IMG/VR virus record: IMGVR_UViG_3300044210_000034 | Location: 1-57,556 of that record | Source of the DNA: a virus | Lineage: Duplodnaviria > Caudoviricetes | DNA length: 57,556 nt | Strand: one strand, 5' to 3' | In this document: piece after piece, positions 6,793-15,091 of the stretch | Position numbering within the stretch: position 1 is the stretch's first letter | Layout: each line of letters begins with the position of its first letter | Position numbers and translations under genes: made by a program | The notes under the pieces: model-generated | The model's input: the letters and a program-made list of their open reading frames with translations, nothing else | Told to the model about the DNA's origin: nothing | The model's database searches: none

Positions 6793-7383
6793 ATGACCGC
6801 CGCCGACCTCGACTTCGACGACATCGAGACCTTCGTTCGCAAGCCCACCGACGGGCAGATGCAGTTCGTCACCGACCTGCGCAACGACTGGCAGCGCGCC
6901 GAGAACGAACTGTCGGTGCTGGCCGGTCGCCCCGCCCGCAACCCCGCATGGGCCGACCCGACCTCGTTCGAGCAGGCGTCCGAGATGATCGAGAACGGCA
7001 AGGCCGCCCGGACCGCCATCCGCGAGCAGCTCACGCAGGCGCGCCGTGCCGCCCGGCTCACCGCCGACGGCAGCCGCTACGACGTCACCGAGGGAATGTG
7101 GATCGTCGGCACCGTTGGCGCCGAGGGGTGCCGGATCTTCAAGGTGCAGCGCGCCGTCAACGGCTCGGGCCGCCTGTACGCCAAGGAACTGATCGACGAC
7201 TCGTTCGAGTACCTGCCCGGCGGGATCACCACCGTGGCGACCACCGCCCGCAAGATGGCGCTCGCCGAGGCGCAGGCGTTCGGTCGGCTCTACGGCACCT
7301 GCTGCAAGTGCGGCCGGACGCTGACCGACGAGGGCAGCATCGCGGCGGGCATCGGCCCGGTGTGCGCGGGCAAGGGCTGGTAG
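6793..7383 (+). CDS. DUF6011-like Zn-finger protein
   Basis: C-terminal CCKCGRTLTDEGSIAAGIGPVC. Confidence 0.75.
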   Translation: MTAADLDFDDIETFVRKPTDGQMQFVTDLRNDWQRAENELSVLAGRPARNPAWADPTSFEQASEMIENGKAARTAIREQLTQARRAARLTADGSRYDVTEGMWIVGTVGAEGCRIFKVQRAVNGSGRLYAKELIDDSFEYLPGGITTVATTARKMALAEAQAFGRLYGTCCKCGRTLTDEGSIAAGIGPVCAGKGW

Positions 7384-7394
7384 CCGGTGCGTTC

Positions 7395-7430
7395 GAGAGC
7401 CCCCGGGTGTCGACTCCCCCGGGGGCTCTC
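7395..7430 (+). terminator. Stem-loop terminator
   Basis: GAGAGCCCCCGGG...CCCGGGGGCTCTC just after the stop. Confidence 0.65.
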
Positions 7431-7565
7431 TCGCGCGAACCGGGCTCGCCCCGCTGGCAGGCAGGAACGCCCGGCGCCGACAGGGTATGCGCCACCCTTG
7501 CAGTAGTCAACCCCCTTGAGCTACATTCTGTGCATACCTACTGACCCCTACCAGGGAGGCTGACC

Positions 7566-7997
7566 GTGGTCCGCGTGCCACCGACCGACACCGAGCTGCA
7601 CGAGTTCTACGCGAGCTACCCCACGGCCTACGCGCAGTGCCGGACGTGGAAGCACGGCCCCGAGCGGCCCTACACCGTCGAGCGCCCGAACGGGCGCAAC
7701 GGCGTCATCGAGGTGACCCGGGTCTGCCAGTGCGGGCGCCTGGTCACCCGGGTGTTCACCGCCGCCTACCAGCGGTTGCCCGAGCAGACCCGGGTCGTTT
7801 ACCCCTCGAACCCGCGCTACCTCGCGCTGCCGGGCACCGGCGGCGTCGACCGCGACCTGATCGCCCGCCGGGCGATCGAGGGCGACATCGAGCAGATCGA
7901 GGCGGCCACCGCCGCCCGTCCGGCCGCCGCTCGGCGTGGTGGCCGGACGGGTAACGGCAACGGCTCGACCGGCCGGAAGCGTCCACGCAAGAGCTGA
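7566..7997 (+). CDS. Hypothetical protein with a basic tail
   Basis: GGGAGG SD; C..H..CQCG motif. Confidence 0.7.
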   Translation: MVRVPPTDTELHEFYASYPTAYAQCRTWKHGPERPYTVERPNGRNGVIEVTRVCQCGRLVTRVFTAAYQRLPEQTRVVYPSNPRYLALPGTGGVDRDLIARRAIEGDIEQIEAATAARPAAARRGGRTGNGNGSTGRKRPRKS

Positions 7998-8046
7998 CCC
8001 GGCGAGACCATGTGCTCGCCACCACCACCCCACCGGAGAGAAGATC

Positions 8047-8712
8047 ATGACCATGACGCAGCCGCCGCCCACCGAGCGGGTCAACTACCGGGTGCCGGAC
8101 GCTCGGCCGTACCCGCCGCCCCCGCCGGTGGCCTACCGGCCGCAGTACCGCCCGCCGGTGGCCGACCCCGAGCGCCCGCCCCGGGTCATCACCGGCACCA
8201 CTGTGGCGGTGACGCTGCTCGGGGCGGCCCTGCTCGGCTCGGTGACCGGGCTCGGGCTCGGCGCGCTGCGCATCATGGGCCAGCCGGACGCCCCGGCGCC
8301 CGCACCGGGCGGCACGTCCGTGGTCGTGGTCGCCTCGCCGTCGGACACGCCCAAGGCGCCCCCGCGTCGGGCGAACCCCGTCCGGACGACCGTCCGGTCG
8401 GTCGAGGTCACCCCGTCCGCGTCCGAGTCGGCCAGCCCGGACAAGCCGTCCGGACGTCCGTCCGACCCGGGCGCGCAGGGCAACGGGCAGGCGTCCGGCC
8501 AGCCGGACGGGCAGGCGTCCGGCAGCCCGGACGCGCCGGACCCCGGCAAGCACAAGGGCGAGGTGCTCTGCCCGGACGGCACGGTGCTGCCGCCCGGCAC
8601 GCCGCTGAACCAGTGCCCGAGCGCCTCGCCGTCCGACCCGAGCCCGCCCGGCGGCGACAGCCCCACCGGGTCGCCGTCCGGCCCGTCCCCCGCCCCCTCG
8701 GCCACCGCCTGA
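8047..8712 (+). CDS. Single-TM Pro/Ser-rich membrane protein
   Basis: GGAG SD; hydrophobic segment followed by a low-complexity region rich in CGTCCG. Confidence 0.65.
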   Translation: MTMTQPPPTERVNYRVPDARPYPPPPPVAYRPQYRPPVADPERPPRVITGTTVAVTLLGAALLGSVTGLGLGALRIMGQPDAPAPAPGGTSVVVVASPSDTPKAPPRRANPVRTTVRSVEVTPSASESASPDKPSGRPSDPGAQGNGQASGQPDGQASGSPDAPDPGKHKGEVLCPDGTVLPPGTPLNQCPSASPSDPSPPGGDSPTGSPSGPSPAPSATA

Positions 8713-8722
8713 GCGGACGCAC

Positions 8723-8769
8723 GAGAGCCCCGGCACCGATCAGGGAAGAGAGATCGGGCCGGGGCTCTC
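8723..8769. terminator. Bidirectional terminator between convergent units
   Basis: GAGAGCCCCGGC...GCCGGGGCTCTC; second hairpin ATCGAGCCCCGCCGTC-GAGAG-GACGGCGGGGCTCGAT at about 8801-8838. Confidence 0.65.
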
Positions 8770-8864
8770 ACGTACCACCGGAAGACACCAGCCTCGCAGC
8801 ATCGAGCCCCGCCGTCGAGAGGACGGCGGGGCTCGATCGGCTCGGGGGGTCCGCGTCGCGACCG

Positions 8865-9422
8865 TCAGGCCAGCGTAGACCCCCACCACATCTCGGCCAT
8901 GAGCACCAGTGCCAGCACCACCGTGAACGCCGACTCGGCGAACGAGTGGGTGCGCCGCGAGCCCGCGAGCCGCTCGACGGCCGACTGCTTGGCCGAGACC
9001 CGCAGTCCGAGCCCGTGCCTCGGGCTGCCCCGCCACGGCCAGCGCGGGATGCCCTTGGGGATGGACCGGCCGCCCTTGCCGAACAGGTAGTCGAACGGCC
9101 AGAGGTGGGAGAACCAGCCGAGGGCCGGGCCGAAGCACGGCCACGGCAGCCCGGCGACGGCCACCCCGACCAGGACGGCCACCGGCCAGCCCCACCAGTG
9201 CAGCGCCCGCCGGTGCCCGAGGCGCCGCTTGAGCCACCCCCGGTTGTCCGCGTCCGGGCTGAACCGCCCGGCCGAGAACGGGACGGCCAGCGCGGCGCAG
9301 GCGGCCACCTGCCCGAGCGGCAGGGGATCGAACTGCCCCGTCCGGCGGGCGACCTCGATCTGCACCAGGCCGAGCCCGAACGTGAACGCCGCCGCCCCGA
9401 TCATGTGTCCCGGACCCATCAT
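8865..9422 (-). CDS. Membrane-bound metal-dependent hydrolase (YdjM/DUF457-like)
   Basis: MMGPGH, PDAD, HRRALH and SH...D motifs among TM segments. Confidence 0.65.
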   Translation of the reverse strand: MMGPGHMIGAAAFTFGLGLVQIEVARRTGQFDPLPLGQVAACAALAVPFSAGRFSPDADNRGWLKRRLGHRRALHWWGWPVAVLVGVAVAGLPWPCFGPALGWFSHLWPFDYLFGKGGRSIPKGIPRWPWRGSPRHGLGLRVSAKQSAVERLAGSRRTHSFAESAFTVVLALVLMAEMWWGSTLA

Positions 9423-10351
9423 GACGTCCGCCTCCCCGCACGCTTACGGGCCGCCTCGGGGTTGGTGCCGAGCAGGGCTGCCAGGGTCGGCCAGTCGTTC
9501 GGCCGTCCGGCCGCCTCCCACGCCTTCCAGACGTCCGCCTCGGGCAGCCCGGCGTCCGGGGCGTCCGCCCATGCCGTCCGGCCGGACGCGGGCCGCTCGG
9601 CGACCGCCGTCCGGGCCAGCGTCCGGACGGCGCCGTTCGCGTGCCCGACCGTCCGGGCGGGCTCGGCCGGACGCAGCGCGTCCGGCAGGACGAACGGGTG
9701 CGTCCGGACGGGCAGACTGTCCGGGCGTCCGCCCGGCTCGACGTCCGGGCGGGCGCCCACCGTCCGGGCGGGCGCGTCCGGCTCGGCGTCCGGGCGGGTA
9801 GCCTCGGCCGCGTCCGGGCGGGCGTCCGTCGTGGCGTCGTGGCGCCCGTCCGGCTCGGCGGCCGGATGGACGTCCGGGCGTCCGGGCATCGGCCGGTTGG
9901 CGAACCACAGGGCGATCACGGACGCGACCGCGAGCCCGTCGACCGCCACGGCCCCGGTGACCCGCAGCAGCCACGGCTCGCCCCACGAGGCCAGCAGCAG
10001 CACCGTGTGCCAGAACGACAGGCTGTAGGCGCAGACGCCGATGCCGAGCATGACCGGCAGGGTGGCCCGGCCGAGCAGTCGCCGCGCCACCTGCTCGGCG
10101 GCGATCAGCACCATGACCGGCAGGGTGGCGGCGAACGCTGCGAACCCCCACGAGCCCACCTGGTGCGGCACCGGCAGGCCAGCCTTGACCAGCTCGGCCG
10201 CCTCGTACGCCGAGGGCACGTGCGGGCTCGCGTGGGCGATGTTGACCGCGACCGACACACCGGCGGCGAGCAGCGCGCCCGCCCATGCCCATGCGCGGTC
10301 ACCACGCGAGGGCGCGTGCCCTGCGTGCTCGGCGGGCGGGTTGATTACCAT
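9419..10351 (-). CDS. DUF2637/SpdB-like spread protein: TM helices, repeat linker, C-terminal HTH-like segment
   Basis: SVAVNIAHA and AVDGLAVAS motifs, several TMs, WPTLAALLGTNPEAARKR tail. Confidence 0.6.
   Translation of the reverse strand: MVINPPAEHAGHAPSRGDRAWAWAGALLAAGVSVAVNIAHASPHVPSAYEAAELVKAGLPVPHQVGSWGFAAFAATLPVMVLIAAEQVARRLLGRATLPVMLGIGVCAYSLSFWHTVLLLASWGEPWLLRVTGAVAVDGLAVASVIALWFANRPMPGRPDVHPAAEPDGRHDATTDARPDAAEATRPDAEPDAPARTVGARPDVEPGGRPDSLPVRTHPFVLPDALRPAEPARTVGHANGAVRTLARTAVAERPASGRTAWADAPDAGLPEADVWKAWEAAGRPNDWPTLAALLGTNPEAARKRAGRRTS
9504..9886 (+). repeat. Dense CGTCCG direct-repeat array inside a CDS (clt-like)
   Basis: About 20 copies of CGTCCG counted in ~380 bp, in all three codon phases. 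Confidence 0.8.
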
Positions 10352-10370
10352 GATCCGTCACTCTCTGTAA

Positions 10371-10500
10371 GATCGTCCAGTGCGTTGGACGATGCGCGTG
10401 CAACCGATGCGTGACCTTGCCCTATAGCCCCCGGAAACCGTCCAACCATGATCCAACTGGACGATCTTCCGGACGATCCTTGGACGATCCTTGGACGATT
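10371..10500. repeat. GGACGAT iteron-like array and inverted repeat
   Basis: GGACGAT at 10459, 10471, 10482, 10493; inverted pair ATCGTCC (10372)/GGACGAT (10387). Confidence 0.8.
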
Positions 10501-10540
10501 CGATCACGCAGAGTGAGCCGTCCAGTGCTCCACCCACAAC

Positions 10541-10578
10541 ACTACACCCCCTTGAGCATCGACTCAAGGGGGTGTAGT
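10541..10578 (-). promoter_or_regulatory. Palindromic promoter/operator oriented leftward
   Basis: Reverse complement reads ACTACACCCCCTTGAG-TCGATG-CTCAAGGGGGTGTAGT. Confidence 0.8.
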
Positions 10579-10600
10579 AGAACGGGGTGCACTACCGGCG

Positions 10601-13186
10601 TCACGCCCGGCGGCGCACCTTCCGGTGGCGCTCGCCGAGCCGGTAGACGTCGGCCCCGTTCGGCCCGGCGCCGCGCAGCCGTTCGAGGTGCCCCTGATTG
10701 GCGAGCACCCGCAGGTAGGCGGCCACGCTCGACCGCCCGTCGGTCGCCTCGACACTGGCGAGCGCGTCCTGCGCCTCGGCCCGGGTGAACCCCGCCTCGC
10801 CCCGCGCCGAGGCCAGCGCCGACAGGCAGGCGTTGACCGCGTCCGGCAGCCGCTCGCCCTGGTCGAGCTGCCACGTCCGGTCACGCCAGGCACCGACCAG
10901 CTCGGCCCGCTCGGCGGGCGTCCGGCCGCGCTCGCGGGCGGCTGCCCACGCCGTCACGTCGAGCGCCCGGTCGATCTTGACGCTCATCTCGTCGAGGGAG
11001 TCCATCCCGTCCGTCCTTCCTGCCTCGGTGTCCGGCAGCACCTCGTCGTCGAGTTCGCCCGCCTCGGCCGCCTCGCGCATCATCCGCTCGATGGCCGCCT
11101 CGTCGTCCTCGTCGTCCGTCCGGGTGGACGCGGGTGCGTCCGGACGCAGCGGCCGGACGTTGGCGACGTCCGCCTGCACCGCCCGGTCGGCCGCCTCGTC
11201 GTCCTCGGCGTCCGGGCCGGACAGGTGCACCCCGTCCGCCCGCGTCCGGGCAACCGCGTCCGCGTCCGGGCGTCCGGGCGCGTCCGTCCGGGGGTCCGGA
11301 CGGGCCACCGGCGCGGCGGGCGCCGTCCGGGTGGCCGGACGGTCGCCGAGTCTCGGCACGATGTCGCCCTCGGCCGCCGGGGGCAGCGCCTCGTCGACCT
11401 CGTCGTCGAACCCGAGGTCGTCCGGGACGTCCGGGCCGTCCACCCCGTCGGCGGGCGGCTCGGATAGCAGCGGGTCGACCGCGACCGGGGCCGCCGGGGC
11501 GGACACCGAGACCGCCCCGGCCGCGACCGGCGCGGCGCCCACGATCATGCCCTCGTTGCCCGGCAGACAGCGCGAGGTGCTGATCTTCCGGATGGTCATG
11601 ACGTCGTGCAGCTCGAACGTCCGGCCCGCCGACCACTCGTCGTTGAGCGTGATCAGCACGGTGCCCTTGGCGCCGTCGCCGAACTTGCTCATGTCCGGCA
11701 TCCCCCGGTCGCGCCAATCCGGGATGATGTTGGTCTGCTCGATCGCCCGGCGGACCGGCAGCACGGCGATGCCGAAAGCGTTCGCCTTGACGTCGCCCGA
11801 GCCGAGGTGTTCGAGCACCGCCCGCTGCGAGGCAATGATCAGAATGACCATCTCGGACGCGCCCGCCTTCAGGATGCCGTTCACCAGCTCGATGGCCCTG
11901 CGGCCCTCGGGCGTGCGCTTGGTCATCAGGAACGACGCCTCATCGACGATGATCAGCTCAATGGGCTCTTCGGCGGTCGGGACGTGCTTCGAGCGGCCAC
12001 GCCGCCCGTTCAGCTCGGCCCGCTCGGCGATCAGGTCGACCGCCCGCTGAAGCGCGGACAGCGCGCCGTGCACCGCCTTGGGGCCGCCGTAGACCCGGTG
12101 CACGGCGGGCGCCCAGTTCGCGGCGTCCTTCATGCCCTTGAGAATGTCGATCATCGTGATGCGCACGAGCGGCCGGTTCGCGCCGTCCCGCGCCCGGGTG
12201 AGGTGCTCGACGATGTTGTTGATCAGGTTCGTCTTGCCGCCCCGGGTACCGGCGATCAGGACCCAATGCACCCCGCCGTCGCTGTTGACGATCTCGATGG
12301 TGAGGTCGCGCTCGGTCTCGGGGTCGCGCCCGATCACGAACGGGCCGATCGGGTCGACCCGCTTCAGCCCGAAGTCGGGCGCGAGCGGGTGCGGGATGCC
12401 CTTCGCCCACGGGTTCGACAGCCACTCGCTGATCTCGATGTGCCCGGCGTGCGTCGCGGACGGCGCGACCCGGACCTTGCCCGGCGCCATCCCGGCCGCC
12501 GCCGCGAGCTGCTCGGCAAGCTCGCCGTTCTTCGCCAGCGTCGAGGCGGTCTTGCCGGTGCCCCGCACGTCGATCGTCTTGCGGGTGCCGACGGCGGTCT
12601 GCGTGGTCCGGACGATGGCCGCACCGGCAAGCCCGACCCGGCGGGCGACCGGGGCGAAATCGCGCTGCGCCCGCTCCCACGCCACCTTGCCGCCCACGAA
12701 CTTGGCGACGTACAGCCACGCCCACGCGCAGCAGCCGAACAACCAGTAGGCGAGCAGCATCGGCTCATTGATCACGTCCTTGCCGAACGGCACGCCGAGG
12801 TGGTGCTTGCTCCACCAGAGCATGACCCACCCGGTGCCGACGATCGGCAGCGCGGTGGTGCGCAGCGCCCACTGACGGGCCATCGCCTCGGACCCGGGCA
12901 CGTGGCGGTTCACCGCGTAGGTGATGATCGCCAGCCCGAGCCCGATGCAGATGATCAGCGCCGGGTCGCCCCAGAACGCCAGCGGGATGCCGATCATCAG
13001 CAGCAGCAGGAGAAAGATCGGGGTCAGCCGGGTGGCGACCCGGCGCCCGATCCACTGCGCCGCCGAGATGGCGGCGACCGTCTTCAGCCCGACGGGGCGC
13101 GAGCGGATGTACCCGCCGCGCCCGCCGTGGCCGCCGTGATGCCCACCTCCCCCGTACGGGTCGTAGGGCTCGACTTCCCTGCTCAT
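10601..13186 (-). CDS. FtsK/SpoIIIE-family DNA translocase, TraB-like
   Basis: N-terminal TMs; Walker A GTRGGKT, Walker B LIIVDEAS, SQR motif; acidic linker; C-terminal wHTH-like FTRAEAQ...SSVAAYLRVLANQGHLERL...GADVYRL. Confidence 0.85.
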   Translation of the reverse strand: MSREVEPYDPYGGGGHHGGHGGRGGYIRSRPVGLKTVAAISAAQWIGRRVATRLTPIFLLLLLMIGIPLAFWGDPALIICIGLGLAIITYAVNRHVPGSEAMARQWALRTTALPIVGTGWVMLWWSKHHLGVPFGKDVINEPMLLAYWLFGCCAWAWLYVAKFVGGKVAWERAQRDFAPVARRVGLAGAAIVRTTQTAVGTRKTIDVRGTGKTASTLAKNGELAEQLAAAAGMAPGKVRVAPSATHAGHIEISEWLSNPWAKGIPHPLAPDFGLKRVDPIGPFVIGRDPETERDLTIEIVNSDGGVHWVLIAGTRGGKTNLINNIVEHLTRARDGANRPLVRITMIDILKGMKDAANWAPAVHRVYGGPKAVHGALSALQRAVDLIAERAELNGRRGRSKHVPTAEEPIELIIVDEASFLMTKRTPEGRRAIELVNGILKAGASEMVILIIASQRAVLEHLGSGDVKANAFGIAVLPVRRAIEQTNIIPDWRDRGMPDMSKFGDGAKGTVLITLNDEWSAGRTFELHDVMTIRKISTSRCLPGNEGMIVGAAPVAAGAVSVSAPAAPVAVDPLLSEPPADGVDGPDVPDDLGFDDEVDEALPPAAEGDIVPRLGDRPATRTAPAAPVARPDPRTDAPGRPDADAVARTRADGVHLSGPDAEDDEAADRAVQADVANVRPLRPDAPASTRTDDEDDEAAIERMMREAAEAGELDDEVLPDTEAGRTDGMDSLDEMSVKIDRALDVTAWAAARERGRTPAERAELVGAWRDRTWQLDQGERLPDAVNACLSALASARGEAGFTRAEAQDALASVEATDGRSSVAAYLRVLANQGHLERLRGAGPNGADVYRLGERHRKVRRRA

Positions 13187-14205
13187 CAGGCCGTCTCCCC
13201 CCAGTAGGTGTTGTTCGGGTCCATCCCGGGGATGTGCCCGTCGGTCGCGGCGGCGGTCTCCCGCACGCCCTCGTAGGTGCTCATGTAGTCCTGCGCGTGG
13301 TTGGTGATGCCGCTCGCCGCCTCGCTCAGGTGCTCGGCCGCCTCTTCGAGCCCGGCCATCACCGAGGGGTGCATGTTGACCTCTGCTTCGAGCAGCTCGC
13401 GGTGCTCGCGGAGCTTCTCGCCGAGGTCGCCGAGATCCTGCGCGAACTGCTCGGCCCACTGCGCGTGCGCGGCGTCGGTCTCGGGGGCTTCCCCGAGCGC
13501 GTCCGCCCCGCCGCCGTAGCCGCCGCCGCTGGTGGGCTGAGACATGGTGGTTCCTCCACTGGTGGGTGCTGGTGCCGGTGGTGCCGCTGGTGCCGGTGCC
13601 GGGGCTGGCGCCGGGGCTGGTGCTGCTGGTCGGTGGGGCAACCTCGTAGGCTGCCCGGTGGTGCCGCCGCGCGGCGCTGGCCCGCTAGTCCCCGGAGAAG
13701 GCCGCCGACCCGTCGGCGCAGGGGAAGCAGGTCGCGGCGGGGGCGCAGGCTGTCCGCCCCCGCCGCCCGCACCGCCGCCTCGCGGGATGCCCGAGCCGGT
13801 CATCGTGGTGCCGCCGACCTGCCACCACTTGCGCTTGGGCCGGGTGCCCTTGGGGTAGACCACCATGCCGGGGCCGACCTTGTAGGGCTTGGGCTGCCCG
13901 CTGCTCGACGGCCGGGAGGACGGGCGCCCGGTGCCCTTGCCGCCCGTTCCGCGCCCCTTGCCGCCAGTCCACGAGCCGCGCAGCGGGATCTCGCTCTTGC
14001 CGTGACGGCGCCGCCAGCGGTTGACCGCCCGGATGACCGAGCGGCCCGCCGCCCCGCCGACGCGGTGCCGCAGGTTGTCGGTGTGGGTGTGGTGCCGGAA
14101 ACCCGCCCAGAACCCCCGGCCGCCACGCCGCCGGGTGGTCGTGCGACGGCGCCGGGGCGGGTAGCTGTACCCGCCCCGGCTGCCGCGTCCGCGCCTGGTC
14201 GCCAT
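13186..14205 (-). CDS. Arg/Gly/Pro-rich protein with C-terminal helical (WXG100-like) domain; strong internal start at 13545
   Basis: Stop overlaps the translocase ATG; GGAGG SD before MSQPTSGG. Confidence 0.6.
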   Translation of the reverse strand: MATRRGRGSRGGYSYPPRRRRTTTRRRGGRGFWAGFRHHTHTDNLRHRVGGAAGRSVIRAVNRWRRRHGKSEIPLRGSWTGGKGRGTGGKGTGRPSSRPSSSGQPKPYKVGPGMVVYPKGTRPKRKWWQVGGTTMTGSGIPRGGGAGGGGGQPAPPPRPASPAPTGRRPSPGTSGPAPRGGTTGQPTRLPHRPAAPAPAPAPAPAPAAPPAPAPTSGGTTMSQPTSGGGYGGGADALGEAPETDAAHAQWAEQFAQDLGDLGEKLREHRELLEAEVNMHPSVMAGLEEAAEHLSEAASGITNHAQDYMSTYEGVRETAAATDGHIPGMDPNNTYWGETA

Positions 14206-14211
14206 CGCCGG

Positions 14212-14454
14212 TCACCCGCCCAACGACCAGAGCCAATCCCACAGGGCGCGGCCGACGGGCGACCCTCCCAGCAGGGTGAAGAACACGCCGGTGAAGAGCA
14301 GCTCGATCGCCCACAGCCGCTTGGCGGCCACGAGGGCGACGATGCCGATGAGGGCACCGGCCATGAGCAGGCCGACGATCGCCACGTTGGCGTGTCCCTG
14401 CGATGATCCACTGGCAGCCGCGACAGCGGTTGCCTGCTCTACCATGTGCAGCAT
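14212..14454 (-). CDS. Small two-TM membrane protein, first gene of the transfer-like operon
   Basis: AGGGGA SD; two hydrophobic helices. Confidence 0.65.
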   Translation of the reverse strand: MLHMVEQATAVAAASGSSQGHANVAIVGLLMAGALIGIVALVAAKRLWAIELLFTGVFFTLLGGSPVGRALWDWLWSLGG

Positions 14455-14523
14455 CGGTTCCCCTAGGTGTCAACAGGTCCTACTCACTCCACTGTACTAC
14501 TCAACCCCCAGGACGGCCAAGCC

Positions 14524-15087
14524 ATGAAGTGTGAAGAGTGCGGCGGGCTCGGCGAGGTCCCCGAGCCGGTCGTCGGCACGCAGATCAGGACCCACCGGGG
14601 CAAGCTCGAACGGGGCTGGCGGCGCACGTGGCTGATCGGCAAGCTCGCCCGGTCCGAGGGCACGAACGCCGCGCTCGCCGAGGCGCTCGACGTCGTGCCG
14701 TCCGCGATTCAGCAGTTCAAGGCGCGCCACGCCGCCGACATCGAGGCCGAGCGCGAGCGGCTGGCCGACCAGATCACCGGGCTGTGGATCGCCGACAAGC
14801 TCGCCCGGCTGGCCGAGCATCAGCAGGACGTCGAGGACATCAACGGGATCATCGAGGGCAAGCTCGACGCGGCCACCCCGACCCCGTGGAACCCGTTGGA
14901 GCCCGAGAACGACGGCGCGAGCAAGCCCTCGGCGGTCGACGACCTGCCCGCGTGGCTGCGCGTCAAGACCGCCATCCTGCACGCGGCGGCCGAGGAGTTG
15001 GGCCAGCTCCCGCAGCGGGTCAACGTGCAGGTCGGCGGCAGCCTGGTCACGTACAAGATCGAGGGCGTCGACATGGACCGGGTGTGA
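14524..15087 (+). CDS. terS: Terminase small subunit (putative)
   Basis: Directly before terL; HTH-like segment and typical VQVGG..VTYKIEGVD tail. Confidence 0.7.
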   Translation: MKCEECGGLGEVPEPVVGTQIRTHRGKLERGWRRTWLIGKLARSEGTNAALAEALDVVPSAIQQFKARHAADIEAERERLADQITGLWIADKLARLAEHQQDVEDINGIIEGKLDAATPTPWNPLEPENDGASKPSAVDDLPAWLRVKTAILHAAAEELGQLPQRVNVQVGGSLVTYKIEGVDMDRV

Positions 15088-15091
15088 TCGC

